From Candidatus Melainabacteria bacterium 17Bon1m (GTDB taxonomy: Bacteria; Cyanobacteriota; Vampirovibrionia; Obscuribacterales; Obscuribacteraceae), in contig JAVLKG010000003.1 in the NCBI GenBank assembly GCA_032128875.1, forward strand, positions 1,016,974 to 1,080,973: a stretch of DNA of 64,000 nucleotides, read 5' to 3'. The notes beneath the pieces were generated by a model. That model did not search any database. It was not told the origin of the DNA and worked only from the letters and a program-made list of their open reading frames with translations. Below are positions 10,066 through 18,919 of this stretch, piece after piece; positions within the stretch are counted from its first letter, which is position 1, and every line of letters begins with the position of its first letter. The position numbers were made by a program, and so were the translations under genes.

Positions 10066-10809
10066 GTGGCAAACTCCACATACATGGATACTGTGAATAG
10101 GATCTTGAACCAAGCCGGTCAGGATCCTATTCCTGATTCTTCAACTTTCACAAATGGTCCTCTAACTAAGGTTCAGCTTCAGACAAAATTGTTTGTCGAT
10201 AAAGCAAATCGCGGCTTAGTGCGATCGATCCGCGGCCGCTTTATGAAGCGGAAATATACATTCAATACAAGCGCTGCATCGAATTCCTATAGCGTCGACA
10301 CAACGACCAGCTTGGAAAATATGGTTGAGGATTCGATGTTTAGGACATCCGCCGGCAAGGGCGGAAGAATTGAATATATCCCTTATGACACTTGGATCAC
10401 CTGGTTCCCCGAAGGTGAATCAGTCAAAGGGATTCCAAATTTCTGGTTTGATTATCCTCCTGATGGAAGTGGCGTCGACAAGATTGGATTCAGCCCGCCG
10501 CCTAATGCGACGATTGCGATCCAGTATGAAGGCTATTTAGATCCGGTCGTTCTGTCTGCATACAACGACGTTATTCAGTGGCCGCAAAAATTTGAAGACT
10601 TGCTTTGGGACTACGCTCAACTTTGGGTCGAGATGGTTCTTTCTGAAGGAAAGATGGAGCAGATCGCCGTCTTCCTCGAGCCGCTTTTTACTCAAGTTCG
10701 ACAACTAACACTTGGACCCGTCGATAAGCCGCCTTCGGTGGATCTCGGAATGAGATTAGGCGGGGTTCGCAAAGGGGGTTCTAGAAGTGCTTACAGCCCG
10801 ACTCTCTAA
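10066..10809 (+). CDS. Head-tail adaptor protein (T7 gp11/P22 gp4-like position)
   Basis: 247 aa; N-terminal YMDTVNRIL..AG, KGIPNFW and IGFSPPP motifs; synteny. Confidence 0.7.
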   Translation: MANSTYMDTVNRILNQAGQDPIPDSSTFTNGPLTKVQLQTKLFVDKANRGLVRSIRGRFMKRKYTFNTSAASNSYSVDTTTSLENMVEDSMFRTSAGKGGRIEYIPYDTWITWFPEGESVKGIPNFWFDYPPDGSGVDKIGFSPPPNATIAIQYEGYLDPVVLSAYNDVIQWPQKFEDLLWDYAQLWVEMVLSEGKMEQIAVFLEPLFTQVRQLTLGPVDKPPSVDLGMRLGGVRKGGSRSAYSPTL

Positions 10810-12505
10810 GGGTCTTGTTGCTTTAGTTCAAACTTGCCTGTTGGCGATCATGCCAATGGCTGCCGACGCACAAACAGCGCCGCAACAGGCGCCGCCGCCC
10901 GCATCAATGACAGAACTGTCACAGCAAGGGCGAAGCTTGAAGCCTGATGTAATGGCGCCGGATAAAGGTCTGCTTACCAATTCAGCCGATATTCTCAGGG
11001 AAGCTAGTTCAGCCAGAGTACTTCACAATCTGCAGATGCTAAAGCGCGGCATTTGGTCTTCTCGCGGAACTGGGTTCACCAAAGAACGCGCAATTCCTTT
11101 CAATATGGGCACTTCCTTTATTGAAATCGGCAATCACGGCGGAACAATCCCCGTTTTTCAAGTCGGCACAAGTCTATTTACCTACGATTTAACAACTCAT
11201 GCAGAGACACTGCTTGGAACCGTAGGCAATACCAACGTCGCTTGTATGCGATCGTTCGGTCCTCAACTATTTATTGTTGCGCAAGATTCCGGCAAGCCTC
11301 AGAAGTGGGATGGCATTGTTGGGCGCGCCCTATCAAATTTAGGCGGCTGGAACCCGTCAATTGGTGGCGTCACATATATCAATCCGCCATTTGTCGAAGT
11401 CTTCAACAACAGAGCGGTTTTTGCTGGAATGCCAACAAATCCGCAAGTTCTAGTTTTGTCCGATTATGGCGCGCCCGGTAGCTACACGACGTCAGTCCCG
11501 GCAGTTGCCACTGACGCCGGCGCTATTGTCATTCCCACATCACTGGGATTGATCACAGGACTGCGCACGGTCCGATTAAGCAATGAAGCCAATTCAATGG
11601 CGCTGATCATTGGCTGTACCAACGGCATGGCAATGTTGACCGGATCTAGCCCTGATGACTTCACGCTTCGCGAATTAACCAGATCGTTCGGAGTAGTGAA
11701 CAACAGGACATGGATTCAATTAGGTAATGATATTTACTTTCTAGCGACTGATGGAATCCGGAAGTTCTCCAACGTTTATTTCTCGTCTTCAATGACGAGC
11801 GTTCCTGAAAGTTACTCGATTCAGGATGTTTTCAACAGAAGGAATAAGGCGGCAGCGGCCGCGCCTTTTGCTGTCCACCATCCGGATACACAGGAAGTTC
11901 ATTGGTTCTTTCCTCGAGATAATTCAACAACAAATAATTCTTGCGTGATTCTGAATTACAGCACGCGGAATCCAAGCAATCCCAATGAATCATCTCCTGA
12001 CGTTGTTTTCAGCACGAAGGACACGACAGCGACATGCGGCTTTGAACTCAATGGGACCATGTACCACGGGAATTCATCCGGCTATCTATTCGTTGACTAT
12101 TCGGGCGATACATATGATGGGACTGTAATAACGTGGGAATATCTCAGCCCCTTCATACCAAGCAACAGCCCAGCACAAAGCGCTTCAGCTAGACGATTCA
12201 TCATCCTGACAGAAGGCGGAGATCAAAAGTTCACTTGTAGCGCTTACGTTGTCGAAACATTGAGCAATGGTCAATCTCGATTCAAACTCATGTCGACTAT
12301 GCCGATCAATCAGGTTGCTGAATCAATCACAAAACTTGGTACATGGCCGTCTGGCTCAACCACGACATATCCAAAACTTATCAATTTCGAATCAAAAGGA
12401 TCGGGAAGATTCTGGGCCCTGCGCATGACTGGTACCGGCAGTGGTGAACATATTGATTTGGTCGGAATCCAGTCAATACTCGTAGTAGGGGGATGGAGGC
12501 AGTAA
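10787..12505 (+). CDS. Tail nozzle/stabilisation-like beta-propeller protein with N-terminal signal peptide
   Basis: 572 aa beta-rich; VFNNRAVFAG, GNDIYFLATDGIRKF and EVHWFFP resemble P22 gp10/T7 gp12-type proteins; follows the adaptor; GTG start with AAGGGGG SD. Confidence 0.7.
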   Translation: MLTARLSKGLVALVQTCLLAIMPMAADAQTAPQQAPPPASMTELSQQGRSLKPDVMAPDKGLLTNSADILREASSARVLHNLQMLKRGIWSSRGTGFTKERAIPFNMGTSFIEIGNHGGTIPVFQVGTSLFTYDLTTHAETLLGTVGNTNVACMRSFGPQLFIVAQDSGKPQKWDGIVGRALSNLGGWNPSIGGVTYINPPFVEVFNNRAVFAGMPTNPQVLVLSDYGAPGSYTTSVPAVATDAGAIVIPTSLGLITGLRTVRLSNEANSMALIIGCTNGMAMLTGSSPDDFTLRELTRSFGVVNNRTWIQLGNDIYFLATDGIRKFSNVYFSSSMTSVPESYSIQDVFNRRNKAAAAAPFAVHHPDTQEVHWFFPRDNSTTNNSCVILNYSTRNPSNPNESSPDVVFSTKDTTATCGFELNGTMYHGNSSGYLFVDYSGDTYDGTVITWEYLSPFIPSNSPAQSASARRFIILTEGGDQKFTCSAYVVETLSNGQSRFKLMSTMPINQVAESITKLGTWPSGSTTTYPKLINFESKGSGRFWALRMTGTGSGEHIDLVGIQSILVVGGWRQ

Positions 12506-12885
12506 TGGCACAACAACCACAACCAGTATATACAGCCGCGCCAACGCCGACCAGGCAGATTGGAACCGGCGCATTGCCAACGGCAGCGCCAACCAACGGC
12601 AGTATCAATCAAGCTCTTCTGACAGCTCATGGCAAAGTCGGGGAATCAAGCTTGGTCACTGTCGAAGTTTCGGCGGCGGCCACAATTACATTCTGGGTCT
12701 ATTCGCCTGCCAGCCAACGTTGGATCAATCCGGGCTACACAGGAACAAAATACACGCTTGTTTTTGCTGCCGGCGATCTAAGTGATTTCTTCCAGGCAGA
12801 ACCAGGAACGCTCTTCTATCTGCAGTCTTCGGCTGGTTCAGTCAACGCTTACACCAACGCACCAAAAGCCAAACCGGATCCATAA
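12505..12885 (+). CDS. Small structural protein
   Basis: TAATG coupling to the upstream gene, GGAGG SD, beta-rich 126 aa. Confidence 0.6.
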   Translation: MAQQPQPVYTAAPTPTRQIGTGALPTAAPTNGSINQALLTAHGKVGESSLVTVEVSAAATITFWVYSPASQRWINPGYTGTKYTLVFAAGDLSDFFQAEPGTLFYLQSSAGSVNAYTNAPKAKPDP

Positions 12886-15146
12886 TGAATAGAAATTTCA
12901 AGGCGCTATTTCTCGCTTTAGCGGTTGGTCTGTTCTGTCAAACGGCAAAAGCAGATCAGCCGGTTTATGGCGTCAATGGCGGTAGCACCGGCGTTCCCTC
13001 AAACGCTCCATTCCTATTAACCACTTCCAGCGCGGCGCTTAGCGACGAGCGGGTTCTAAGATCTCAATTCGGAAACATCACCTTAACTGATGGCGGCCCA
13101 AATGGATTTTTCGATATTGGCTGGACCGGGCAATTAGGTCTAACCAATGGTGGTACCGGCGGTAATGGCGCGCAGGCTGGAACCAATAGTTTGCTAGATG
13201 GAATCGCAGGAGCGGCGGCAGCCAATGGCGATACGCTTGCCCGCGTCTCTGGTAACTGGACGAGAATCGCCAAAGGAACAGACGGTTTTGTCTGGACGAT
13301 GGTTTCTGGCAGCCCTGGCTGGGCAGCTTCGGCAAGCGGAGCGCCGGCGGGGTCTTCTTACGTCACGATTTCCCTTGACGGTTCTTTGACGTCAGAACGT
13401 GTTTTAACCGGCACATCAAACCGAGTGACCATCACGGACGGCGGAGCCGGCGGAAACGTCACCTTAGATGTTGGATCAGATGTCGTTCTTCTGACTGCAA
13501 GTCAAACCCTGACCAATAAGACCTTAACCAGTCCTTCAATTGGGACTAGCTTGATCTTTGAATTAGGCGCGAACGATACAACGATCCAAGCAACGGCGCC
13601 GGCAGCGGCAAGACTCTACACAATCCCTGATGCTGGTGGCGCGGCTTCCTTTGTCATGACCGAAGGCGCTCAAACTATCAATGGCGTAAAAACCATGGGT
13701 AGTGCGACTCGATTCAATGCCAATATTCAAAATAGTTCAGGCAACACAATCACCCTGCCTTCATCGGCGGCAACACTTGCAACGCTTGCGCTGTCGGAAT
13801 CACTGACCAACAAGACATTGCCTAGTGCGATTCTTCAGACTCAATTAACGCTTGATCAAACGACTGGCGATTACACAATCACATGGTCAAACCCTGGCGC
13901 GACTCGCGCTTATAACGTTTATGACGCTGGCGGATCTGCTGATTTCGCGATGAAATCCGGAACGCCAACCAACCAGGCGATTGCTTATGGCGATGGAAAC
14001 AAGATCGTATTTTTAGCACCTGGATCGAATGGTCAAGTCGTCAAAATGAGCGGATCGACGCTCTCTTGGGGATCTGACAATTCAAGCGGATTTGGCGGAA
14101 GCGGTTCGGGCGGAGCGACGACCAAAGGCGCCGTTACCGAAACAACCCCGGTATCTCTTGAATGCACAACATTTACGCAAACGGTTTCAACCACCTGGGC
14201 GCCTCTTAGCGGGACTGTTGTTAATTGCACATCAACAGCTGATTTCAACGGAACCACCAATATTAGCGGACAAGGCTACTATGGCGGAGCCGCAACAACA
14301 AATGGCAGAAACGGCAGCGGTCCATGTGGTGGATATCGCGGCGCCGGCAATGGTGGTGGCGGTGGTGGCGGTAACGCTGGAACCGGCGGAGACGGTGGCG
14401 CAGTAGCCGACAGCGGCGGCAACAACAAACCCTTCACGCTAGAGCCTGGAAGCGGTGGCGGCGGCGGTAACGCAACAGCCGGCGGCAATGGTGGCGGACT
14501 TCTGAAAGTCTGCGCGATCGGAGCAATTACGATCGGAGCCAGCGGAACTATTGATGCATCCGGGCAAGCGGGAACGGCCAACACAGGAGCAGGCGGTAAA
14601 GCTGGCGGCGGTGGCGCGGGCGGTACTGTTCTTTTGGCTAGTCAAACTTCCATCACGCAAACAGGAACCGCTTCAGTAGCCGGCGGAAACGGCGGAAACG
14701 GCGGAGCCTCAAGCGCTGGGCAAGGTGGCGGTGGCGGCGGCGGTGGCTATTATGTCCGAATCTCTCCCTCCAATACTGGCGCGGGAAGTATCACGACAAC
14801 TGCAGGAACCGGAGGGACCGGCAACAACGCGGCTGGAACTGCTGGAACCAGTGGAACGGCAATGGCGATTACAGGAACCCCAAATCATCCATTGATCGGA
14901 AGCTTGGAAAAACATCTTCCTATCCTGGCCGCTTTTGCTCGAATTCATGCTCCAAATCCGCATGATTTGAAATTGTCAGAGAAACAGACGATTGGAACGC
15001 TGGCAGCGCTGGACGCCAAATCAACTCAAGAATATGAAAATCTCTGCCATCTCTATCAATTTGGTGAAGATTTCAGCGGCAATAAAGTCGTGAAGCTTGA
15101 TCAGAAACAATCTGAAAAATTAGAGGCTCTGAGAAATGCCAGCTAA
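12885..15146 (+). CDS. Tail fibre/adhesin with glycine-rich domain and N-terminal signal peptide
   Basis: 753 aa; internal fibre repeats (ERVL..DGG x2, LTNKTL x2, DAGG..F.M x2), long poly-Gly region, helical C-terminus. Confidence 0.8.
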   Translation: MNRNFKALFLALAVGLFCQTAKADQPVYGVNGGSTGVPSNAPFLLTTSSAALSDERVLRSQFGNITLTDGGPNGFFDIGWTGQLGLTNGGTGGNGAQAGTNSLLDGIAGAAAANGDTLARVSGNWTRIAKGTDGFVWTMVSGSPGWAASASGAPAGSSYVTISLDGSLTSERVLTGTSNRVTITDGGAGGNVTLDVGSDVVLLTASQTLTNKTLTSPSIGTSLIFELGANDTTIQATAPAAARLYTIPDAGGAASFVMTEGAQTINGVKTMGSATRFNANIQNSSGNTITLPSSAATLATLALSESLTNKTLPSAILQTQLTLDQTTGDYTITWSNPGATRAYNVYDAGGSADFAMKSGTPTNQAIAYGDGNKIVFLAPGSNGQVVKMSGSTLSWGSDNSSGFGGSGSGGATTKGAVTETTPVSLECTTFTQTVSTTWAPLSGTVVNCTSTADFNGTTNISGQGYYGGAATTNGRNGSGPCGGYRGAGNGGGGGGGNAGTGGDGGAVADSGGNNKPFTLEPGSGGGGGNATAGGNGGGLLKVCAIGAITIGASGTIDASGQAGTANTGAGGKAGGGGAGGTVLLASQTSITQTGTASVAGGNGGNGGASSAGQGGGGGGGGYYVRISPSNTGAGSITTTAGTGGTGNNAAGTAGTSGTAMAITGTPNHPLIGSLEKHLPILAAFARIHAPNPHDLKLSEKQTIGTLAALDAKSTQEYENLCHLYQFGEDFSGNKVVKLDQKQSEKLEALRNAS

Positions 15147-15360
15147 TACATTCCTGATCTTTGAAAAGGATGAATCAGGTCATTATCCAAATCGTTCATC
15201 AAATATCTGGCAAGGACCAACGCCAATCGCTGGGCAAGACATGCCCGCCGAAGCGATCGCTGTGGTCTGGCTTGTAATTGAAGGCGATGTTAATCCGCTC
15301 AATTATTACCGGAACAATCAAAACAGCTTATTGCACCTTCCGGAAGCTCCACCTAATTGA
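15136..15360 (+). CDS. Small protein after fibre (possible assembly chaperone)
   Basis: 74 aa, 11-nt overlap with the fibre gene. Confidence 0.55.
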   Translation: MPANTFLIFEKDESGHYPNRSSNIWQGPTPIAGQDMPAEAIAVVWLVIEGDVNPLNYYRNNQNSLLHLPEAPPN

Positions 15361-15410
15361 TTGGCTCACCCCTTGAGATGACACTAAATGTAGTGGCACT
15401 CATTTGGGGT
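15354..15410 (+). promoter_or_regulatory. Candidate late promoter motif copy 2, plus hairpin covering the endolysin SD
   Basis: TAATTGATTGGCTCA; nested pairs ACCCC/GGGGT, TGAG/CTCA, CACTA/TAGTG. Confidence 0.45.
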
Positions 15411-15414
15411 AGCG

Positions 15415-15888
15415 ATGGCTATATCTAATCAAGGCCTCAATTTCATCAAGAATTGGGAAGGCTGCAAACTCAAAACCTATATTTGCGCCGCCGGCAAACC
15501 GACCATTGGGATCGGTCACGTTCTATTGCCTGGCGAAGATAAGAAATTCAAAGACGGGATCACGGAAGAATTCGCTGAACAGATGTTTCTTTCTGACGTG
15601 AAACCACGTGAAGCGTCGATCAGATCGGTGGTCAGGGTTCCTTTGAATCAGCGGCAGTATGACGCAATTGTCAGTTTCGTTTTTAACATCGGCGTCCAAG
15701 CATTCAAGACCTCGACTTTCTTGAAGCGATTGAACGAAAGGCGATTTATCGAAGCATCGAATGAATTGCTCCGCTGGTGTAAGGACGACAACGGCAAGGT
15801 CATCAAAGGCGTCCTAAATCGGCGCGAAGCAGAGCGCAAATTATTCCTTTCAAAACAAACCGACAAAGTGGAGTTTTATCATGTTTAA
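15415..15888 (+). CDS. Endolysin, GH24 phage lysozyme
   Basis: E15-x8-C24-x5-T30 triad, TIGIGH, YDAIVSFVFNIG, GVLNRREAERKLF. Confidence 0.95.
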   Translation: MAISNQGLNFIKNWEGCKLKTYICAAGKPTIGIGHVLLPGEDKKFKDGITEEFAEQMFLSDVKPREASIRSVVRVPLNQRQYDAIVSFVFNIGVQAFKTSTFLKRLNERRFIEASNELLRWCKDDNGKVIKGVLNRREAERKLFLSKQTDKVEFYHV

Positions 15889-16210
15889 GATTTTCAAAAA
15901 GGCTGGCGAAGTAGCAGACAAAGTTAAAACCGGTATCAGCGTATTACAACGCTTTCTGAAGGCGTTTGAGGCGATCAAATCTGATATCGACGGTGATGGT
16001 AAGCCGGAGTATCAAAACATCGCTGAGAGCGTCGATGAGCTGAAGAAGCTCGCCACTGAACGAATGCTGAAGCACAAAGATCTTTTGATCGAAGACGGCA
16101 AAGCCGGCGCTGTGATCTTGAAAGATATCCTTCATCGAATGGAAGCTTTGGCTAAAGAAGTTCAGGAATCCGCTTTGGCTAAAGCCGCTGATCAGGAGCC
16201 GGTCGCATGA
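15881..16210 (+). CDS. Hypothetical helical protein in lysis cassette
   Basis: 109 aa, GGAG SD, contains DIDGDGKPE. Confidence 0.65.
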   Translation: MFKIFKKAGEVADKVKTGISVLQRFLKAFEAIKSDIDGDGKPEYQNIAESVDELKKLATERMLKHKDLLIEDGKAGAVILKDILHRMEALAKEVQESALAKAADQEPVA

Positions 16211-16335
16211 TTGTTCTAGAAGCCAATCTAATGTGGTTTTTATCTGGTTCGTTGGTCTTGTTGCTCAGCGGATGTCTTGGTTATCTCTTAACGGTGAGCA
16301 CACATGACCCCCAGTCTACCCCTTTCAAATTCTGA
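16207..16335 (+). CDS. 42-aa membrane peptide (not in ORF track), possible lipoprotein/lysis accessory
   Basis: MIVLEANLMWFLSGSLVLLLSGCLGYLLTVSTHDPQSTPFKF; ATGA overlap and AGGAG SD. Confidence 0.55.
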   Translation: MIVLEANLMWFLSGSLVLLLSGCLGYLLTVSTHDPQSTPFKF

Positions 16336-16600
16336 AGACGATTTGGATCAATGCGAATTGATTGCTGAGGCGCAAGCCAAGGCAATTGTGATCATGGCTG
16401 AAGGCAAAGCCAAAGGGCTTACCTATATGTGCTTGTCTGTTCCAATCCTGATCGGATTAATGCTCTGTCTGCAAACTTTTGCGGCAGCTAATCATGTCAC
16501 TTTGGATATTGATAAACAGATTCCATTGATGCTGGTTGGCGTCGTGCCGGCGGTCCTGGTCGTTTCCTTCAAAGGGAAGAACGGGAACGGCAAATCATGA
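16304..16600 (+). CDS. Holin-like two-TM protein
   Basis: 98 aa, two hydrophobic helices, basic C-terminus, in the lysis cassette. Confidence 0.55.
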   Translation: MTPSLPLSNSEDDLDQCELIAEAQAKAIVIMAEGKAKGLTYMCLSVPILIGLMLCLQTFAAANHVTLDIDKQIPLMLVGVVPAVLVVSFKGKNGNGKS

Positions 16601-16821
16601 GCCTTGGTCATTCTTGGATCAATAACGATTACTGCCGATACTGCAAGACCTGGCAGAATTGGGATGACAGGGACGCAGGCTATAACATGAAAGAGCCGTG
16701 CCCTAAGAATCCGAGCTCAATCAGTTTAAGCCGCAACGGATACGGACCTGAACTTGCTCTTCGGGACAATGATCGTCTTGAACGGCTGGACATTCCAACA
16801 ATGCCAGGCGCAAGTAACTGA
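16597..16821 (+). CDS. Small Cys/His-containing hypothetical protein
   Basis: ATGA overlap; H..CxxC..C pattern; 3' end overlaps the convergent methyltransferase. Confidence 0.4.
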   Translation: MSLGHSWINNDYCRYCKTWQNWDDRDAGYNMKEPCPKNPSSISLSRNGYGPELALRDNDRLERLDIPTMPGASN

Positions 16822-17277
16822 ATCGGTCTTACCATCACCGGTGAAACTGATTCTAGGCAAAACGATCAATCCATCGGGCGGATGACTCGCAAGCCAATCG
16901 CCGCGTTCTTCTGTTGGCTCCATAAAGGACATGCGAAGCAGAAGCGCCAATGGCGTGTTGTGTGAATACAAATTTTTCAGAATTGGGAAGGCGACCAGGA
17001 ATGGTGGATTGGTTCCAATTGCCAGATTGCCTGGAGCCACATAGCTTGGCGAGCAATCATCAAATTTAGCGGATCGAGCGTCAGCATAGAAATTACATGG
17101 CATATCTGGATCGATATCCGAAGTAATTACTTTATGCTCTCGCTCAAAAACTCGGGCGATATCGCCTTGTCCGGCGCATGGCTCCCAAATTATTTTGTCT
17201 GAAAACTCAGGAACATGCTCCAGCAAGAACTCTGTTGCTCGTCTCGGTGTTGGGTAAAAGTCGTTCCTTCTTCTCAT
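16726..17277 (-). CDS. Orphan DNA amino-methyltransferase (probably N6-adenine)
   Basis: DFYPTP, WEPCAGQG (SAM binding), TNPPF (motif IV). Confidence 0.88.
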   Translation of the reverse strand: MRRRNDFYPTPRRATEFLLEHVPEFSDKIIWEPCAGQGDIARVFEREHKVITSDIDPDMPCNFYADARSAKFDDCSPSYVAPGNLAIGTNPPFLVAFPILKNLYSHNTPLALLLRMSFMEPTEERGDWLASHPPDGLIVLPRISFTGDGKTDSVTCAWHCWNVQPFKTIIVPKSKFRSVSVAA

Positions 17278-18043
17278 TTGCCAATTCCTTTTCGACTAAT
17301 TGTCCTAGCTTGATCGGATTATTTTCTTCAGTTGATTCATAAACTTTATGGGCGTGGCTGCCAGGTCTGGCATATCTCCAGACGCCTTTCTTGTCCTGCC
17401 AAAATCGGCGCTGTCTGCGCTTGAATCCATAATGTGTATTTCTGCCATTACCTCGGAAGCTAGATTCAAGCTCTTTTCTCAATTGAGGACTGATTGAATC
17501 AAGCAAATTTTTACGGGCGCCTTCAAGCATCTTGCCGCCAGTTACTTGATATCCGTAACCAATGATCCAGCACACTTCCTGCCTGGTGCAACCCATCATC
17601 AGAAGCATGATCATTGCATTCTGTTTCGGAGTGAGATCTTTCAATTCCTTGAAGAAATGCCGCGCTATTTGACGCCGGTAAACTAATTCTTCAGCTTCTT
17701 CTCTGTCTCGGTTATTCCAGCACAAAGGTTCCGGAAACCACTGATAATCATGCGGGCAATTACTATCTTGAACTGAGCCAGTGACAGAATCGACGTACTT
17801 GTATTGATTGAAATATTTTGCATATACTTGATGCCGTCTCGATATGTCGATCGCGCGGAAGGTAGTGATTTTATAGATTAGAGCGCGAATATTGTCTTCA
17901 GATTTACCTGTGAAATCTATCTGAAGAATCGCTTCCAATGCGTCTTGAATCGCATCTTCTCGATCTTCTTTTGATCTTAGCCAACGCGTCGCGTTCACGC
18001 AGATCGGCAAGACTGCGCGAAGCGGAAATGGTGTTTCCGGCAT
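17207..18043 (-). CDS. Phage-encoded sigma-70/ECF-like RNA polymerase sigma factor
   Basis: Region 2-like EDREDAIQDAL...IYKITTFRAIDISRR; region 4-like LKDLTPKQ...GCTRQEVCWIIG. Confidence 0.75.
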   Translation of the reverse strand: MPETPFPLRAVLPICVNATRWLRSKEDREDAIQDALEAILQIDFTGKSEDNIRALIYKITTFRAIDISRRHQVYAKYFNQYKYVDSVTGSVQDSNCPHDYQWFPEPLCWNNRDREEAEELVYRRQIARHFFKELKDLTPKQNAMIMLLMMGCTRQEVCWIIGYGYQVTGGKMLEGARKNLLDSISPQLRKELESSFRGNGRNTHYGFKRRQRRFWQDKKGVWRYARPGSHAHKVYESTEENNPIKLGQLVEKELANEKKERLLPNTETSNRVLAGACS

Positions 18044-18066
18044 TCCTCTATTTATCCTTGATTGAT

Positions 18067-18294
18067 TTAGTTGCCAGCTAATTTTCGATACTCAGAACTT
18101 CGTTGATACTCGATTTCAACAACAGCCGGCGCTTTGCCGTCACAATTTTTATGCAGCTTTCCAAACGATTTTAGAAATGGAAGAACCATATCCAAAGGCA
18201 TGGAAGGAATGTCTTGGCGCTGATTGCATCTCGTGCATTGCATCATTTTGAAATCAGTTACGACGTGTTGGGGCAAATTTTTCGAAGCGGTCAT
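18067..18294 (-). CDS. Small Zn-finger-like hypothetical protein
   Basis: CxxC...HxxC; start placed at MTASK after a GGAG SD. Confidence 0.6.
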   Translation of the reverse strand: MTASKNLPQHVVTDFKMMQCTRCNQRQDIPSMPLDMVLPFLKSFGKLHKNCDGKAPAVVEIEYQRSSEYRKLAGN

Positions 18295-18296
18295 GA

Positions 18297-18728
18297 TTAA
18301 GCTCCTGTAGCCATGGCCTGATAAACATCTGGCCAATGCTGGCAAAGATGTTGAAACTCTTTCTCTGATTGAATGATGTAAACCGGCTTGCCCAGCTTCT
18401 TCGCTTTGCGAATGGTGTCAACCGTTCCGCCGCTGAAACCGTTCCAAAATGCGATTACAACATAGGAGTTTTGAACGATTTGCGTGTTCCGTGCATGAGC
18501 CGCTTTCGTAAACTCAATTCGTGACAGCCCTTTGCCTTCAATCGGGAAGATCTTCTTATTAAGCCCGCGTTCATCAGCTTCTTCTTCCGCCCAAACATCG
18601 GGACCGCCTCCAGGCGATCTGCCGCTGACTAAGCAATCATCATTGTTGAACAATCCAACAACGGTTTTAACCCATCGCTTCGCGTCTTTGTGTAGATCTG
18701 ATCGACTGCCTACAATTGCAATATTCAT
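18297..18728 (-). CDS. SLOG superfamily protein (YspA/DUF2493-like)
   Basis: IAIVGSR, VSG..GGGPD, ARN..IV, IAFWNG.SGGT..TI..A..LGKPV. Confidence 0.8.
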   Translation of the reverse strand: MNIAIVGSRSDLHKDAKRWVKTVVGLFNNDDCLVSGRSPGGGPDVWAEEEADERGLNKKIFPIEGKGLSRIEFTKAAHARNTQIVQNSYVVIAFWNGFSGGTVDTIRKAKKLGKPVYIIQSEKEFQHLCQHWPDVYQAMATGA

Positions 18729-18766
18729 GTCAATTCCTCACGTCCGATAAGAGTCTTTATGTTTCA

Positions 18767-18910
18767 CTAGAGCGGTATTGCCGCAATGCAATCGGGGCAC
18801 AGAAGAGGTTCGTCAAGCCCTTGCGGTGCGACCATATCCTCAAGCTCGCACCATTCGCCGCAATCACACTTGCAAGGCATTTCCATATGGTCCGGATCTT
18901 TACAGCTCAT
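18767..18910 (-). CDS. 47-aa Cys-rich Zn-finger-like protein (not in ORF track)
   Basis: MSCKDPDHMEMPCKCDCGEWCELEDMVAPQGLDEPLLCPDCIAAIPL; GAAGGA SD; fills a gap in the operon. Confidence 0.55.
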   Translation of the reverse strand: MSCKDPDHMEMPCKCDCGEWCELEDMVAPQGLDEPLLCPDCIAAIPL

Positions 18911-18919
18911 CGCTTCCTT

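Noticed and set aside
7084-14966. Identical hexapeptide APNPHD in the 98-aa post-portal protein and the fibre C-terminus
   Set aside because: One 6-aa match among several thousand residues is roughly what chance gives; no further similarity
123-15260. HIP1 (GCGATCGC) enrichment as in oxygenic cyanobacteria
   Set aside because: Only isolated copies noticed (e.g. 123, 15253); not visibly enriched
12885-15360. Diversity-generating retroelement or invertible tail-fibre cassette
   Set aside because: No reverse transcriptase, invertase or duplicated template region seen in the window
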